Assembly (NCBI GenBank): GCA_944389525.1
Contig: CALXMR010000003.1
Span: forward strand, 2,915 to 66,914
DNA: 64,000 nucleotides
Reading direction: 5' to 3'
Source of the DNA: an uncultured Alphaproteobacteria bacterium
GTDB lineage: Bacteria > Pseudomonadota > Alphaproteobacteria > Rs-D84
This document shows, one piece after another, positions 39,077 through 48,524 of the stretch. Position 1 is the first letter of the stretch, and each line of letters begins with the position of its first letter. The translations under genes and the position numbers were made by a program. The notes below the pieces were generated by a model. That model did not search any database. It saw nothing but the letters and a program-made list of their open reading frames with translations, and had not been told where the DNA came from.

Positions 39077-41224
39077 ATGAAATTACATGTTGTTTTAGCA
39101 ATATTGATGTCGTTACCAATGACTGCCATGGCAGTCAGTCGGGATGGTGCGGTGGTACGTGTTGGCGCCAGTCGCGCAAACCAGGTTGGGGCCCGTATGC
39201 CCAGTATGGTCGCGGGTACAACCCAAATGGTGGTAAACACACCAACAACGGTAAATCCTACATTGTCAACAAACCCCAGTGGTGCTGGAACGTCGGGTGG
39301 TGGATCAGATGCGGGTGGCGACAGTGGTGGCGCGACAACATCGGAAAGTTGTCGTGATGCGTATCGTGCATGTATGGATGAATTTTGTTTGCTGGATGAA
39401 TCCGAAGGGTACAGATGTGCATGTTCGTCTAATATAGAGCAATCAAAATCATTGATTCAGGAAATCCAAGAAATCCAAGAAAAAGCGGATCTGTTATATA
39501 CCGAAGGGGTGGAACGCGAACAATTGGGGGCCCAGGCAAAATTAGTCTTTGGCGAGAGTGAGGCCGCGCAAAAAAGTTCGCGTATATCTGGTATTAGTTT
39601 TTCAGCTTGGATAAACAGTGATTCTAGTGATGTAGATGCTGGTTTGGGGGCCGATGCAGATATTGGTGATGGTTTGTATGCAATGGCGGCGGAATTTTGT
39701 GCCAACCGTCTGGATGCGTGTGGTGATGATGCCGAAATGGAAGAAATGCTGTATGCACGTCAAATTGTTCAGGATTGTAAATCTTATGAAACATATTTAA
39801 AAGATCAAAAATCAATTGCGGAATCTAATAAACGCACGGCCGAGGCTGCGGTACGCCAGGCGCGTTTGCAAATGTTGGACACGACAAACAAATATAATCG
39901 TGGCGAATGTTTGTTGGCGTATCGTTCGTGTATCGCGGACAAGGGTGGTTGCGGCGTAAATTTTGAAAACTGTTTGGATGCTGATTTGTTGCAACGCCGC
40001 GCAAATGCGTGCGAAAATGTTCTGGACCAGTGTATGGCGGTGCGTGAATATGTTCTGGCTGACTGGGCCGAAGAATCAGAAAGTATTTTGGCCGAAGCGG
40101 CCAAATATGCCGACAGAAATGCGCGTGCAACGTGTCTGGCGCGGATTCAGTTGTGTCTGGAAGACAGTTGTTCTACGGAAACAAATTCGGCATGCTTGAC
40201 CGATGTTAATGTTGCGGCGGGAATTTGTCCGGTTATTACAGAATGCGAAGAAATGATTCCAGGTATTCAGGCTGTTGTAAATGACAAGTTGGGATATTTG
40301 CGGACACAGTTTTGTCAGAATGATGTCGATGCCTGTTTGCGCGACAGATGTGGTGAAAACTTTACCGCGCCGGAATGTCTTGGTAAAAGTGCGCTGGAAA
40401 TAGCGGCCATGTGTCCCCAGAGTATGTTCCCATCGTGCAAAACCGAAACACAATTTGATATTATTGTCCAGGCGGCCATGCTGCAAATGGATTATCAAAT
40501 GTTACAGGGATGCCTGAACTATTTCGGTGAAAGATTGGGTGCGGTTTGCGGAACGGATATGTCGTGTTTGCCCACGGATACATTGACCGCATCATTGGTT
40601 GAAATCCCCGAAGACCAGGCGGAGCTGGCGACATTGCGTGAAACGGTTCGTGCAAATACAGAAAATGCGGTTAATGAATTCTTTGAACAGTTTGAGCAGG
40701 ATAAAACCGTTGCCGCATGTCAGGACAGTCAAAAGCCATCTGATCGTGAAAGTCTGGGTGATAGTGTGTTTAACACTGCAAAGATGATTGCACAAATCGG
40801 GGCGGAAAATCGTGCCATGCGCGAACTGGAAACCAAGATTGCAGAATTATCACGCCAGCAAGATCTGGAAGAGGCAGAACAAAACTGTTATAACACATAC
40901 CAGGTTGAAACCCCAGACGAATCCAGCAAGAATTATAGTTATATCCGCAGTGTGTCATGGGAGCCGTCATTGCGTAACTGCCATGTGTGCCGCATGCAAC
41001 AGGTGTGCGAAACAGGTGGCCAGTCCAAGGGTGCGGCCGGTGTCCAGGGCTTGGCCGGTGGTTTGTCGGCGGGGGCCGCGGCTGGTACCATGGTAACCCC
41101 GGGTTGGGGTACTGCGATTGGTGCGGTCGTCGGCGGAATTGGCGGATTCATTGCGGGCCAGTCCGCGGGCGGTGAAGAGGAATTCTGTCAGGAAATTGAA
41201 TCTTGCGAAGATATTAATATGTAA
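39077..41224 (+). CDS. Secreted Cys-rich helical protein (novel family) with C-terminal glycine zipper
   Basis: Signal peptide; CRDAYRACMDEFC..RCACS; CGVNFENC; GLAGGLSAGAAAG..GTAIGAVVGGIGG; ends CEDINM. Confidence 0.8.
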   Translation: MKLHVVLAILMSLPMTAMAVSRDGAVVRVGASRANQVGARMPSMVAGTTQMVVNTPTTVNPTLSTNPSGAGTSGGGSDAGGDSGGATTSESCRDAYRACMDEFCLLDESEGYRCACSSNIEQSKSLIQEIQEIQEKADLLYTEGVEREQLGAQAKLVFGESEAAQKSSRISGISFSAWINSDSSDVDAGLGADADIGDGLYAMAAEFCANRLDACGDDAEMEEMLYARQIVQDCKSYETYLKDQKSIAESNKRTAEAAVRQARLQMLDTTNKYNRGECLLAYRSCIADKGGCGVNFENCLDADLLQRRANACENVLDQCMAVREYVLADWAEESESILAEAAKYADRNARATCLARIQLCLEDSCSTETNSACLTDVNVAAGICPVITECEEMIPGIQAVVNDKLGYLRTQFCQNDVDACLRDRCGENFTAPECLGKSALEIAAMCPQSMFPSCKTETQFDIIVQAAMLQMDYQMLQGCLNYFGERLGAVCGTDMSCLPTDTLTASLVEIPEDQAELATLRETVRANTENAVNEFFEQFEQDKTVAACQDSQKPSDRESLGDSVFNTAKMIAQIGAENRAMRELETKIAELSRQQDLEEAEQNCYNTYQVETPDESSKNYSYIRSVSWEPSLRNCHVCRMQQVCETGGQSKGAAGVQGLAGGLSAGAAAGTMVTPGWGTAIGAVVGGIGGFIAGQSAGGEEEFCQEIESCEDINM

Positions 41225-41261
41225 ACCTGGGGACAGTGGCATATTGACACAGGGGGAGGGG

Positions 41262-43817
41262 ATGAAATATAAACTGATTTTTGGAACAGTCGTTTGTGGG
41301 GTCGCGTTGATTGCGGCGGCGGATTTGTACGGCGCGGCCAGCACCAAACGCCAGTCTGCAATTCAACAGGGAACAACCGTTCGTACGAAAATAGAAGCGG
41401 CCGGACTGTACGACCAGGCGTGTTATGATGCGTACTTTGGTTGTATGGATCAGTTTTGTATAACTGATAACGCCAGTGGTGGGGCATGCACATGCAGTGA
41501 TAATATTGCCGAATATGACAAAGAGTATGATGCAATCCAAGATATCTTGGCACAGGCGAATATTTTGCGTACCGAAGAAGTGGAACGGGTCAAGGCTGGC
41601 GCGGATGCGGATATTATATTCACAGGTGAACGCCGTTATGATGCAGATGGAAATATCTTGGATGAAGGTGAATTAACGGAAGAAGAAGAAAAAGAACAGC
41701 GGCGTGCAAGTTTGCTGGCCATGTTTAACACCAGTATTTATGATGACGATGATGAACTGGAATCGTCTGTTACCAGTATGGCGGATATGATGGGTGACGA
41801 ATTATATCAGGCGGCCGACGAAATGTGCACTAACCAAATTCCTGATTCGTGTTCAGAAGATTTAGCATTCTTGCGTCAGTTATACACCCGGCAAATAACG
41901 TCCGACTGTTTGGGTTATAAAAACTCTCTGGCTCAGCAACGCGCCACTGCCGAAGCGGATCTGGCCGCGGCTGAATCCGAAGTGCGTGCGGCACTGCAAG
42001 AAAGTTTGGAAAGCGCGAATAAGTATGATTTAGGTCAGTGCATGGTCGAATTTAGAAAATGTATGCAGACCACTGACGCGTGTGGTGAAAATTGGGAAAA
42101 TTGTGTTGCGACAATCGCGTCAGAAAATATGCAAAATAATGTTGCGGTCAGTACGGCGGGAACAACCGCGGAATCTGTGGATACATATGACATAACTGCG
42201 TCAACAATGGAAATCTTGAATAGCAAGAGACCGATTTGTGAAAACATTTTGGATCAGTGTGTTGCGGTGCGGGACCAGGTGTGGCCAAATTTCCTGCGCG
42301 AGGCGGCGCCAACAATTCGTGTCGCAGAATCCCAGGCGGAATCAAAATTCCGGCAGTCGTGTTTGGGGGATATTTCTGATTGTATTCAGACCGCGTGTCG
42401 TGATGATATCGCCGGCAAAGGGGTCGCAACAATGGATGCCTGTTTGGCACGGCCCGATATGGCGCGCAGTTTTTGCAAGGTCGAAATCGATCCGTGCGAA
42501 AGAATGGAACCACAAATTTGGGACTATGTCGTAGACAAGTTGGCGGCAATGCGTGTTGATGCATGTACCCAAGAAGTCAAAGATTGCTTTACCGCGGATA
42601 CACGCTGTGGGCCGAATTTTGAAAACTGTATCGGTATGGATTATGACTATATCCACGATATTTGTCCGATTGACACATTGGTTGTTTGTAAACAGGATAA
42701 TCCTAATTTCTCGATGGATGATCTGGACAGCATGTTAATGGGCCTGTATTTGAATATCGATAACGCAATGATGACCCAGTGTCAAAATCTGGTTGATACA
42801 AAGATGGCAGAAATTTGTGGCAGTACATCTGATTGTAATCGTTTCGCAGCAGATGATACAATTGGTACAGGATCTGTGCGTAGCCAAAAGGATGGTGATG
42901 TCTATCGTGTAACGGGAATGATTTCGTTTGGCAGTATTAAGATGGGCAGTGCGTCTGGGACCGATCGTACAATCGACAGCGAAGGCAAGACGGTAACATT
43001 GGCACCTGGTGAAATTGGGGTCGAAGAGTATTTGGCCAAGATACGTGAAAATAATGCGTCTGTTCCGAACGCAGAAGCGATTATTTCTTCGATAGAAGAA
43101 GAATTGAATAATATCGCTGGTACGATTAATCGCACAATAGAAATGATAGAAAGTGACCCAGAAATTCAATATTGTGTTACTGGGCGCAGTCTGGAACAAA
43201 TTACCGGTGAAAAAGGGGCGTCAACCGAAGGGCGGTTCCCGAATCTGTTGAACCAGGTTAAAATGCAAATCGCGGTGGCGGCATTGCGCCAGGCTCAGGA
43301 TAATTATAATAATAAGTTAAACCAGGCTATTGCCGATGCAACAAAGGATGCATCAGCCGATTTGGCACAGTATATGTGTCAAATGTTGCCAGTTACAGGT
43401 GGAGCTGTTCTGGGGGGCTTGGATGTAGATACGCCTTTGACGGCACCGTATGCAATCAGTTACGATGTTGGAACTGGTTTGGATAATACTTTGTTGGCCC
43501 AAGGTGGCCGAGGTGGTGGTGCGGTTAGTGGTAATGCAACCATGGATACGACTGCGGGAACCAGTCAGGCTGCTGAAATCATAAATTCGTTTACTGGTTT
43601 GGGTTCAAATCGTGTCAAGATAGATTTGCCCAGTGGTACGCGTGAAATGTGGTCTTTGTTTAATCGGGAAACACGTACATGCCATTATTGTACGTCTACG
43701 ATTACAAAATCATGTGAATCAATCAGTAAAAAAGGATTCTTGGGCATTGGGGCAAAAAACGAATTGAAATGTACAGAATCCGAGCCTGTGGAAAAGTGTG
43801 AAGATATTGTGATGTAG
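41262..43817 (+). CDS. Secreted Cys-rich helical protein (novel family)
   Basis: RBS GGAGG; signal peptide; CYDAYFGCMDQFC..ACTCS; CGENWENC; ends CEDIVM. Confidence 0.8.
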   Translation: MKYKLIFGTVVCGVALIAAADLYGAASTKRQSAIQQGTTVRTKIEAAGLYDQACYDAYFGCMDQFCITDNASGGACTCSDNIAEYDKEYDAIQDILAQANILRTEEVERVKAGADADIIFTGERRYDADGNILDEGELTEEEEKEQRRASLLAMFNTSIYDDDDELESSVTSMADMMGDELYQAADEMCTNQIPDSCSEDLAFLRQLYTRQITSDCLGYKNSLAQQRATAEADLAAAESEVRAALQESLESANKYDLGQCMVEFRKCMQTTDACGENWENCVATIASENMQNNVAVSTAGTTAESVDTYDITASTMEILNSKRPICENILDQCVAVRDQVWPNFLREAAPTIRVAESQAESKFRQSCLGDISDCIQTACRDDIAGKGVATMDACLARPDMARSFCKVEIDPCERMEPQIWDYVVDKLAAMRVDACTQEVKDCFTADTRCGPNFENCIGMDYDYIHDICPIDTLVVCKQDNPNFSMDDLDSMLMGLYLNIDNAMMTQCQNLVDTKMAEICGSTSDCNRFAADDTIGTGSVRSQKDGDVYRVTGMISFGSIKMGSASGTDRTIDSEGKTVTLAPGEIGVEEYLAKIRENNASVPNAEAIISSIEEELNNIAGTINRTIEMIESDPEIQYCVTGRSLEQITGEKGASTEGRFPNLLNQVKMQIAVAALRQAQDNYNNKLNQAIADATKDASADLAQYMCQMLPVTGGAVLGGLDVDTPLTAPYAISYDVGTGLDNTLLAQGGRGGGAVSGNATMDTTAGTSQAAEIINSFTGLGSNRVKIDLPSGTREMWSLFNRETRTCHYCTSTITKSCESISKKGFLGIGAKNELKCTESEPVEKCEDIVM

Positions 43818-43924
43818 TATATAAAACCCACGTAATGTGGGTTTTTTGTTAAAAATAAATTCCTAGACAATTTATTAAATAAATGTGATATTATATAAAG
43901 GCAAACGAACAAAAGGGGTAATGT

Positions 43925-44302
43925 ATGAAAAAAATATCAATCTTGACGGTTGTTTGTGCAATGACATCTGGTGCGGCATTTGCTGATTTCCAGCCAAATA
44001 CACCACAACCAACATCGCCAATGGGCGGATTTGTCGGTGGAACTGAAAATGTTGTCACGGTCAGCCAGGCCAAAGAAATGCGCGATGATACACCTGTTAT
44101 TGTCCAGGGGCATATTGTCCAGCGCATGGGCGATGAAGACTATTTATTCGAAGATGCTACGGGCTCAATCACGGTTGAAATTGATCGCAAAGATTGGCGT
44201 GGTCAAACGGTTTCACCAACTGATACAGTGAAACTGTATGGCGAAGTAGATGCCGGTTTGTTCCATACAGATATCGATGTTGATTATGTGGAAAAACTGT
44301 AA
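43925..44302 (+). CDS. YgiW/YdeI (bacterial OB-fold) periplasmic protein
   Basis: GGFVG, DDTPV.VQG.I, YLFEDATGSITVEID, V.LYGEVD. Confidence 0.9.
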   Translation: MKKISILTVVCAMTSGAAFADFQPNTPQPTSPMGGFVGGTENVVTVSQAKEMRDDTPVIVQGHIVQRMGDEDYLFEDATGSITVEIDRKDWRGQTVSPTDTVKLYGEVDAGLFHTDIDVDYVEKL

Positions 44303-44368
44303 AAAATCGCCCAGATAGGCGGTTCTTTCGTAACCGGTTGTTAAAAAAACGGGGCGTGTGCCCCGTTT

Positions 44369-45481
44369 TTATCGATTCGTTAACTGTAATTCAATACGGC
44401 GATTTTGCTGCATGCTGGCCGCATCGCGACCCAATGCAATCGGGTGCAGGTCGCCAAACCCACTGGGGACCAGGCGCCGGCGTGATACACCATCGCGCGC
44501 CAGTTCATCAACCACCGCGTTCGCACGCAGCAATGATAATTCCATATTGTTTGAATATCCACGTGTGCCGGGCACAACCTGTTGACGATCTGTGTGGCCA
44601 TCGACACGAATAATCCAATCAATATTTGTGGGTAGTTTGTTTTCTAAGTCTTTGATTACTGTTGCAATCAGGCGCAGTTGATTTTTTCCTTCGGCTGATA
44701 GTGTATATGAACCACTGCTGAACAAAATATCACTGGCAACGATAAAGCGGTCACCCGTGGTTTTAATAAAGTTGGTATCACCCAATGCGTCTTTGATTGC
44801 CTTGTAAAACACAGATTGATATTTTGCAACATTGTTCAGTTCCGCAACCTTGTCCGCCAATGCCTTGTTCAGGCGGTTCGACATTTCGACATACTGGATA
44901 TCTTTTTGATGTGCGGCATCTTCGGCCGCGGCCAGTGCATCTTGTAATTTTTGCAGTTGCGCGGCCAAATCGGCGCGTTGCTGGGTCATTTCGTCTTGCA
45001 ATTTGCGGCGTTCTTGTTCCAGTTCGGCCGTCCGCTGTTTGTCCAGGGTTGCCTGGTTCAATTGTGTGGTCAAGGACGCAACCTGGGCCTGTAAATCTGC
45101 GCCTTGGGATTGTAATTCTGCAACGCGCTGTTCGTATTCAGCGACCAATTCGTCAAAACTGATATCAACCTGGGCCAATTCGGCGGACAATTCATCATTA
45201 TTCGCCGCCAAATTTTCCAGTTCGTTACGCGCCAGTATTAACAGACGCTTTGCCTCGGCCTCGTCCGCGGTCATCTGGACGATTTTCTGGGCCTGTTCTT
45301 CGTTGGCGCGGCGCAGGTCGGCCACCGTTTTCGCGCCAGTGTCCTTGTTAAACACGCTGGTCGTGGTCCACAGAAATACAAATACAATTAATAAAAATAT
45401 CAATATGATAACCAGATTGGAAAACAAGTCCACAAATGCCGGCCATGTATTTATTTTATCACGAAAGCGAAAATTCATCAT
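44369..45481 (-). CDS. MotB/OmpA-family peptidoglycan-binding membrane protein with long coiled coil
   Basis: WPAFVD TM motif, coiled coil, ILFSSGS..RVDGHTD..N.ELS..RA..NRRIE. Confidence 0.85.
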   Translation of the reverse strand: MMNFRFRDKINTWPAFVDLFSNLVIILIFLLIVFVFLWTTTSVFNKDTGAKTVADLRRANEEQAQKIVQMTADEAEAKRLLILARNELENLAANNDELSAELAQVDISFDELVAEYEQRVAELQSQGADLQAQVASLTTQLNQATLDKQRTAELEQERRKLQDEMTQQRADLAAQLQKLQDALAAAEDAAHQKDIQYVEMSNRLNKALADKVAELNNVAKYQSVFYKAIKDALGDTNFIKTTGDRFIVASDILFSSGSYTLSAEGKNQLRLIATVIKDLENKLPTNIDWIIRVDGHTDRQQVVPGTRGYSNNMELSLLRANAVVDELARDGVSRRRLVPSGFGDLHPIALGRDAASMQQNRRIELQLTNR

Positions 45482-45513
45482 TTTTTGGCTCCTCTCTCTC
45501 TGGTGACATTGGG

Positions 45514-46278
45514 CTAGGTCAGTTCAGAAAATGTTTGTTTCAATTCTTGGACACTTTTGTTTAATTCTTGGGCGGCGTTGCATACAACAGATGCGTCATC
45601 TGTGGGGACAACGCTGGTATGCGCGGCCAGATAATCTTCGACATCGCGGAATATGCCGTTTTGCGCCAGTTGTACTTGCAAGCCCAAGAATCCGGTTATC
45701 AGGCTGCCCGCCAGACCCATCAGCGAACTGGTAAACGCGGTGGCCATTCCAGATAGTGGTCGCGACAGGCCCGTTTGCATCGCAGTTAAAACGGAATCGT
45801 CTGAAAAATCCAGGTTCGTAATTAAATCGGCAAAACCGCCAACCGTGATAATTAATCCCCAAAATGTCCCCAGCAATCCCAAGAATATTAATGTGTTTGT
45901 TATGTACCGCACCGATTCGCGCGAATCGTCAAAACGCATTTGAATCATGTCCAGCATGCCATTTAATGTCGATGCCTGTATCCGCAGGGGACGTGCCCGT
46001 AACATCAATGCCACTGGCCGCAACAGCCGCGGGGGCAGGGGGGCATTTTTGCGCCCGGCAAAATATGCGCGCGCCCATTTATATTCTGGCAATAATTTAA
46101 ACATTTCGACAAAGCACAATCCAATTCCAAACAATGTTGTGCCGATAATAATCCCATTCAGCACAATGTTTGCCGATGCAACCCGCAGGAATGGCGCGTA
46201 AAACAGTATTAACCCCGCCGCCAACAGTGCGGTGAAAAATGCCATTCTGTTCAGTGCGCGGTGAAATTGGTTGGTCAT
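45514..46278 (-). CDS. MotA/TolQ/ExbB-family proton channel protein
   Basis: LGLLGTFWGL, GMATAFTSSLMGL. Confidence 0.85.
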   Translation of the reverse strand: MTNQFHRALNRMAFFTALLAAGLILFYAPFLRVASANIVLNGIIIGTTLFGIGLCFVEMFKLLPEYKWARAYFAGRKNAPLPPRLLRPVALMLRARPLRIQASTLNGMLDMIQMRFDDSRESVRYITNTLIFLGLLGTFWGLIITVGGFADLITNLDFSDDSVLTAMQTGLSRPLSGMATAFTSSLMGLAGSLITGFLGLQVQLAQNGIFRDVEDYLAAHTSVVPTDDASVVCNAAQELNKSVQELKQTFSELT

Positions 46279-46460
46279 GCAATCTCTCTTTACTATATCT
46301 ATGTTTTGATAATAGTAAATTTTGTGAATCTAAGTCAATAGGCATTATATAAAATGAATCTGGTTTATTTTTACTTGATTTTATTTGAAAAAACGGCATA
46401 ATGTGCGGTGTTCCTGCTGGCAATATGGGATTGTCGGCTGTACAAACCAAAGGAAATAAA

Positions 46461-46799
46461 ATGGCTTTTTATGAAAGTGTTCTGGTTTTCCGCCAGGATC
46501 TGACCGAGGCGCAGGTCAAAGAAAAGGCGTCAAAATACACAGATGTTATCAAAGAATTGGGCGGGGATGTTAAATCCACAGAATTTTGGGGATTGAAAAA
46601 TCTGGCCTATGTTATTCGTAAAAATCGCAAGGCGCACTATGTCATGTTGAACATTGAAATGCCGGGCGAACAGATTGCGGAATATGAACGCCGTATGCGC
46701 ATTGACGAAGATATTATTCGTTTCTTGAATGTGCGTGTTCACGCTTTATCAACTACACCGTCAATCATGATGAAAAAAAATAACGAAGAGGCAGAATAA
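46461..46799 (+). CDS. rpsF: 30S ribosomal protein S6
   Basis: [22 protein letters not shown]. Confidence 0.95.
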   Translation: MAFYESVLVFRQDLTEAQVKEKASKYTDVIKELGGDVKSTEFWGLKNLAYVIRKNRKAHYVMLNIEMPGEQIAEYERRMRIDEDIIRFLNVRVHALSTTPSIMMKKNNEEAE

Positions 46800-47026
46800 T
46801 GGCAGTTCGTGCAGCAATTTATCGTAAAAAATCAAACCCATTAAAGGGCAAGGTTATCGATTACAAGGATATCAAGACTTTGTCGCACTATATCACCGAA
46901 CGCGGCAAAATCGTTCCATCGCGTATCAGTGGTGTTTCCCAAAAGGACCAGCGTGAATTGGCAACCGCCATCAAGCGCGCGCGGCATTTGGGGTTAATGC
47001 CATTCGTTCGCAACAATCTTGGTTAA
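46799..47026 (+). CDS. rpsR: 30S ribosomal protein S18
   Basis: [31 protein letters not shown]. Confidence 0.96.
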   Translation: MAVRAAIYRKKSNPLKGKVIDYKDIKTLSHYITERGKIVPSRISGVSQKDQRELATAIKRARHLGLMPFVRNNLG

Positions 47027-47129
47027 ATTGTATCATAACACCGCATTTGCTGGTTGTTGGCGCGCTCATGTAACTATTGTACACTACGCTTGCCAACAAC
47101 GGCGCAACTGCAATATTCTGATACAATTT
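47025..47129. repeat. ~105-bp palindromic element (RPE/MITE-like) inside the rpsR-rplI spacer
   Basis: Terminal IR AAATTGTATCA/TGATACAATTT, internal GTTGTTGGC/GCCAACAAC, central TGTA..TACA. Confidence 0.7.
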
Positions 47130-47183
47130 CAATAAGTTAAATATTTGGGATTTATCCCTAACTTTGAATAAAGGACAGATAAA

Positions 47184-47795
47184 ATGAAAGTTATTTTAAC
47201 AGAAAAAATTACAAAACTGGGCAATATTGGCGATACGGTCGAAGTAAAGACTGGGTTTGCGCGTAACTATCTGTTGCCAAATGGCAAGGCAATGCGCTGG
47301 ACCCGCGAAAATGTCGCGTTGTTCGAAGCGAAAAAGGCAGAATTACAGGCACGCCAAGATGCCGCGCGTAAATCTGCGGAATCTAATGTTGATGCGGTAA
47401 AGAATGCAAAACTGCATATGATCCGCCAGGCGGGTGATACAGGTCAATTGTATGGATCCGTATCAACACGCGATATTGCGCGTATGTTGAAAGAATTGAC
47501 CGGGATTAATATCGAATCGGCCCAGGTGTTGTTGGGTGCACCGATTAAATCCATTGGTGCGTTTGATACACAAATCGCACTGCACCCGGATGTTATTGTG
47601 CCGGTCAAGATTTATGTCGCCCAGACCCAAGATGAAATTGACGCCTTGGTCGCGGGCAAGGTTCTGACATTCGGCACCAAGAAAGTCGAAGAAGAAGCGG
47701 ATGCCGGAACAGCAGCAGATGTATCTGATGCATCAGCACAGCCGGCCAAAGAACCAGCAGAAGAACCAGCAGAAAAAACTGGTGATGCAGAATAA
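47184..47795 (+). CDS. rplI: 50S ribosomal protein L9
   Basis: LGNIGDTVEVKTGFARNYLLP, LYGSVS; acidic tail. Confidence 0.96.
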   Translation: MKVILTEKITKLGNIGDTVEVKTGFARNYLLPNGKAMRWTRENVALFEAKKAELQARQDAARKSAESNVDAVKNAKLHMIRQAGDTGQLYGSVSTRDIARMLKELTGINIESAQVLLGAPIKSIGAFDTQIALHPDVIVPVKIYVAQTQDEIDALVAGKVLTFGTKKVEEEADAGTAADVSDASAQPAKEPAEEPAEKTGDAE

Positions 47796-47900
47796 AAAAC
47801 GCCCCGTTGGGGCGTTTTTTTATGGGGCGAACCGGAATGATGAATTGTCGTTCTGTGAAAAATTTTCCATTTATCATAAAATTGTGATATCGTTGTTGAT

Positions 47901-48524
47901 ATGAAAGAAAGCCCAACATTTGATATAGAAAACAATTATGGATTTGAATTAATCGCCGGCGTGGACGAGGCTGGACGCGGCCCCCTGTGCGGGCCGGTGG
48001 TTGCGGCGGCAGTTGTCTTTCCGCGGCGCGATATTGAAATTCCGGTTATTATTCGGGATTCTAAACAAATGACATCGCATATGCGCGGTGCGGCATATGA
48101 TTGGATTGTGCATAATACAATTTGGGCGGTGGCACAATGCAGCGCGGCCGAAATTGACCAGATGAATATTTTAAATGCGTCATTGGTCGCAATGGCACGG
48201 GCAGTGCAAAAATTGACCCAGGTGCCCCAGTTTTGTTTAATTGACGGGAACAAGTTGCCGCCAGATTTGAATGGCCTGGCGGTTGTAAAGGGTGATGCAA
48301 AATCACTGTCGATTGCGGCGGCGTCAATTATTGCCAAGGAAACGCGTGATAAAATTATGCATGAATTGGCGGTGCAATATCCAATGTATGCATGGGATAA
48401 AAATGCGGGATATCCAACCCCAGAACATTTGCGCGCGATTGAAAAATATGGTATAAACCAACATTATCGAAAAAGTTTTAAACCGATCAAGGAAAGGATA
48501 AAAAATGAAACTGCGTGGGATTGA
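47901..48524 (+). CDS. rnhB: Ribonuclease HII
   Basis: GVDEAGRGP, DSK, IDGN, KGD.KS.SIAAASIIAK, GYPT. Confidence 0.96.
   Translation: MKESPTFDIENNYGFELIAGVDEAGRGPLCGPVVAAAVVFPRRDIEIPVIIRDSKQMTSHMRGAAYDWIVHNTIWAVAQCSAAEIDQMNILNASLVAMARAVQKLTQVPQFCLIDGNKLPPDLNGLAVVKGDAKSLSIAAASIIAKETRDKIMHELAVQYPMYAWDKNAGYPTPEHLRAIEKYGINQHYRKSFKPIKERIKNETAWD

Noticed and set aside
44369-46278. Zorya ZorAB anti-phage system
   Set aside because: The A subunit lacks the long cytoplasmic tail and no ZorC/D/E genes are adjacent.
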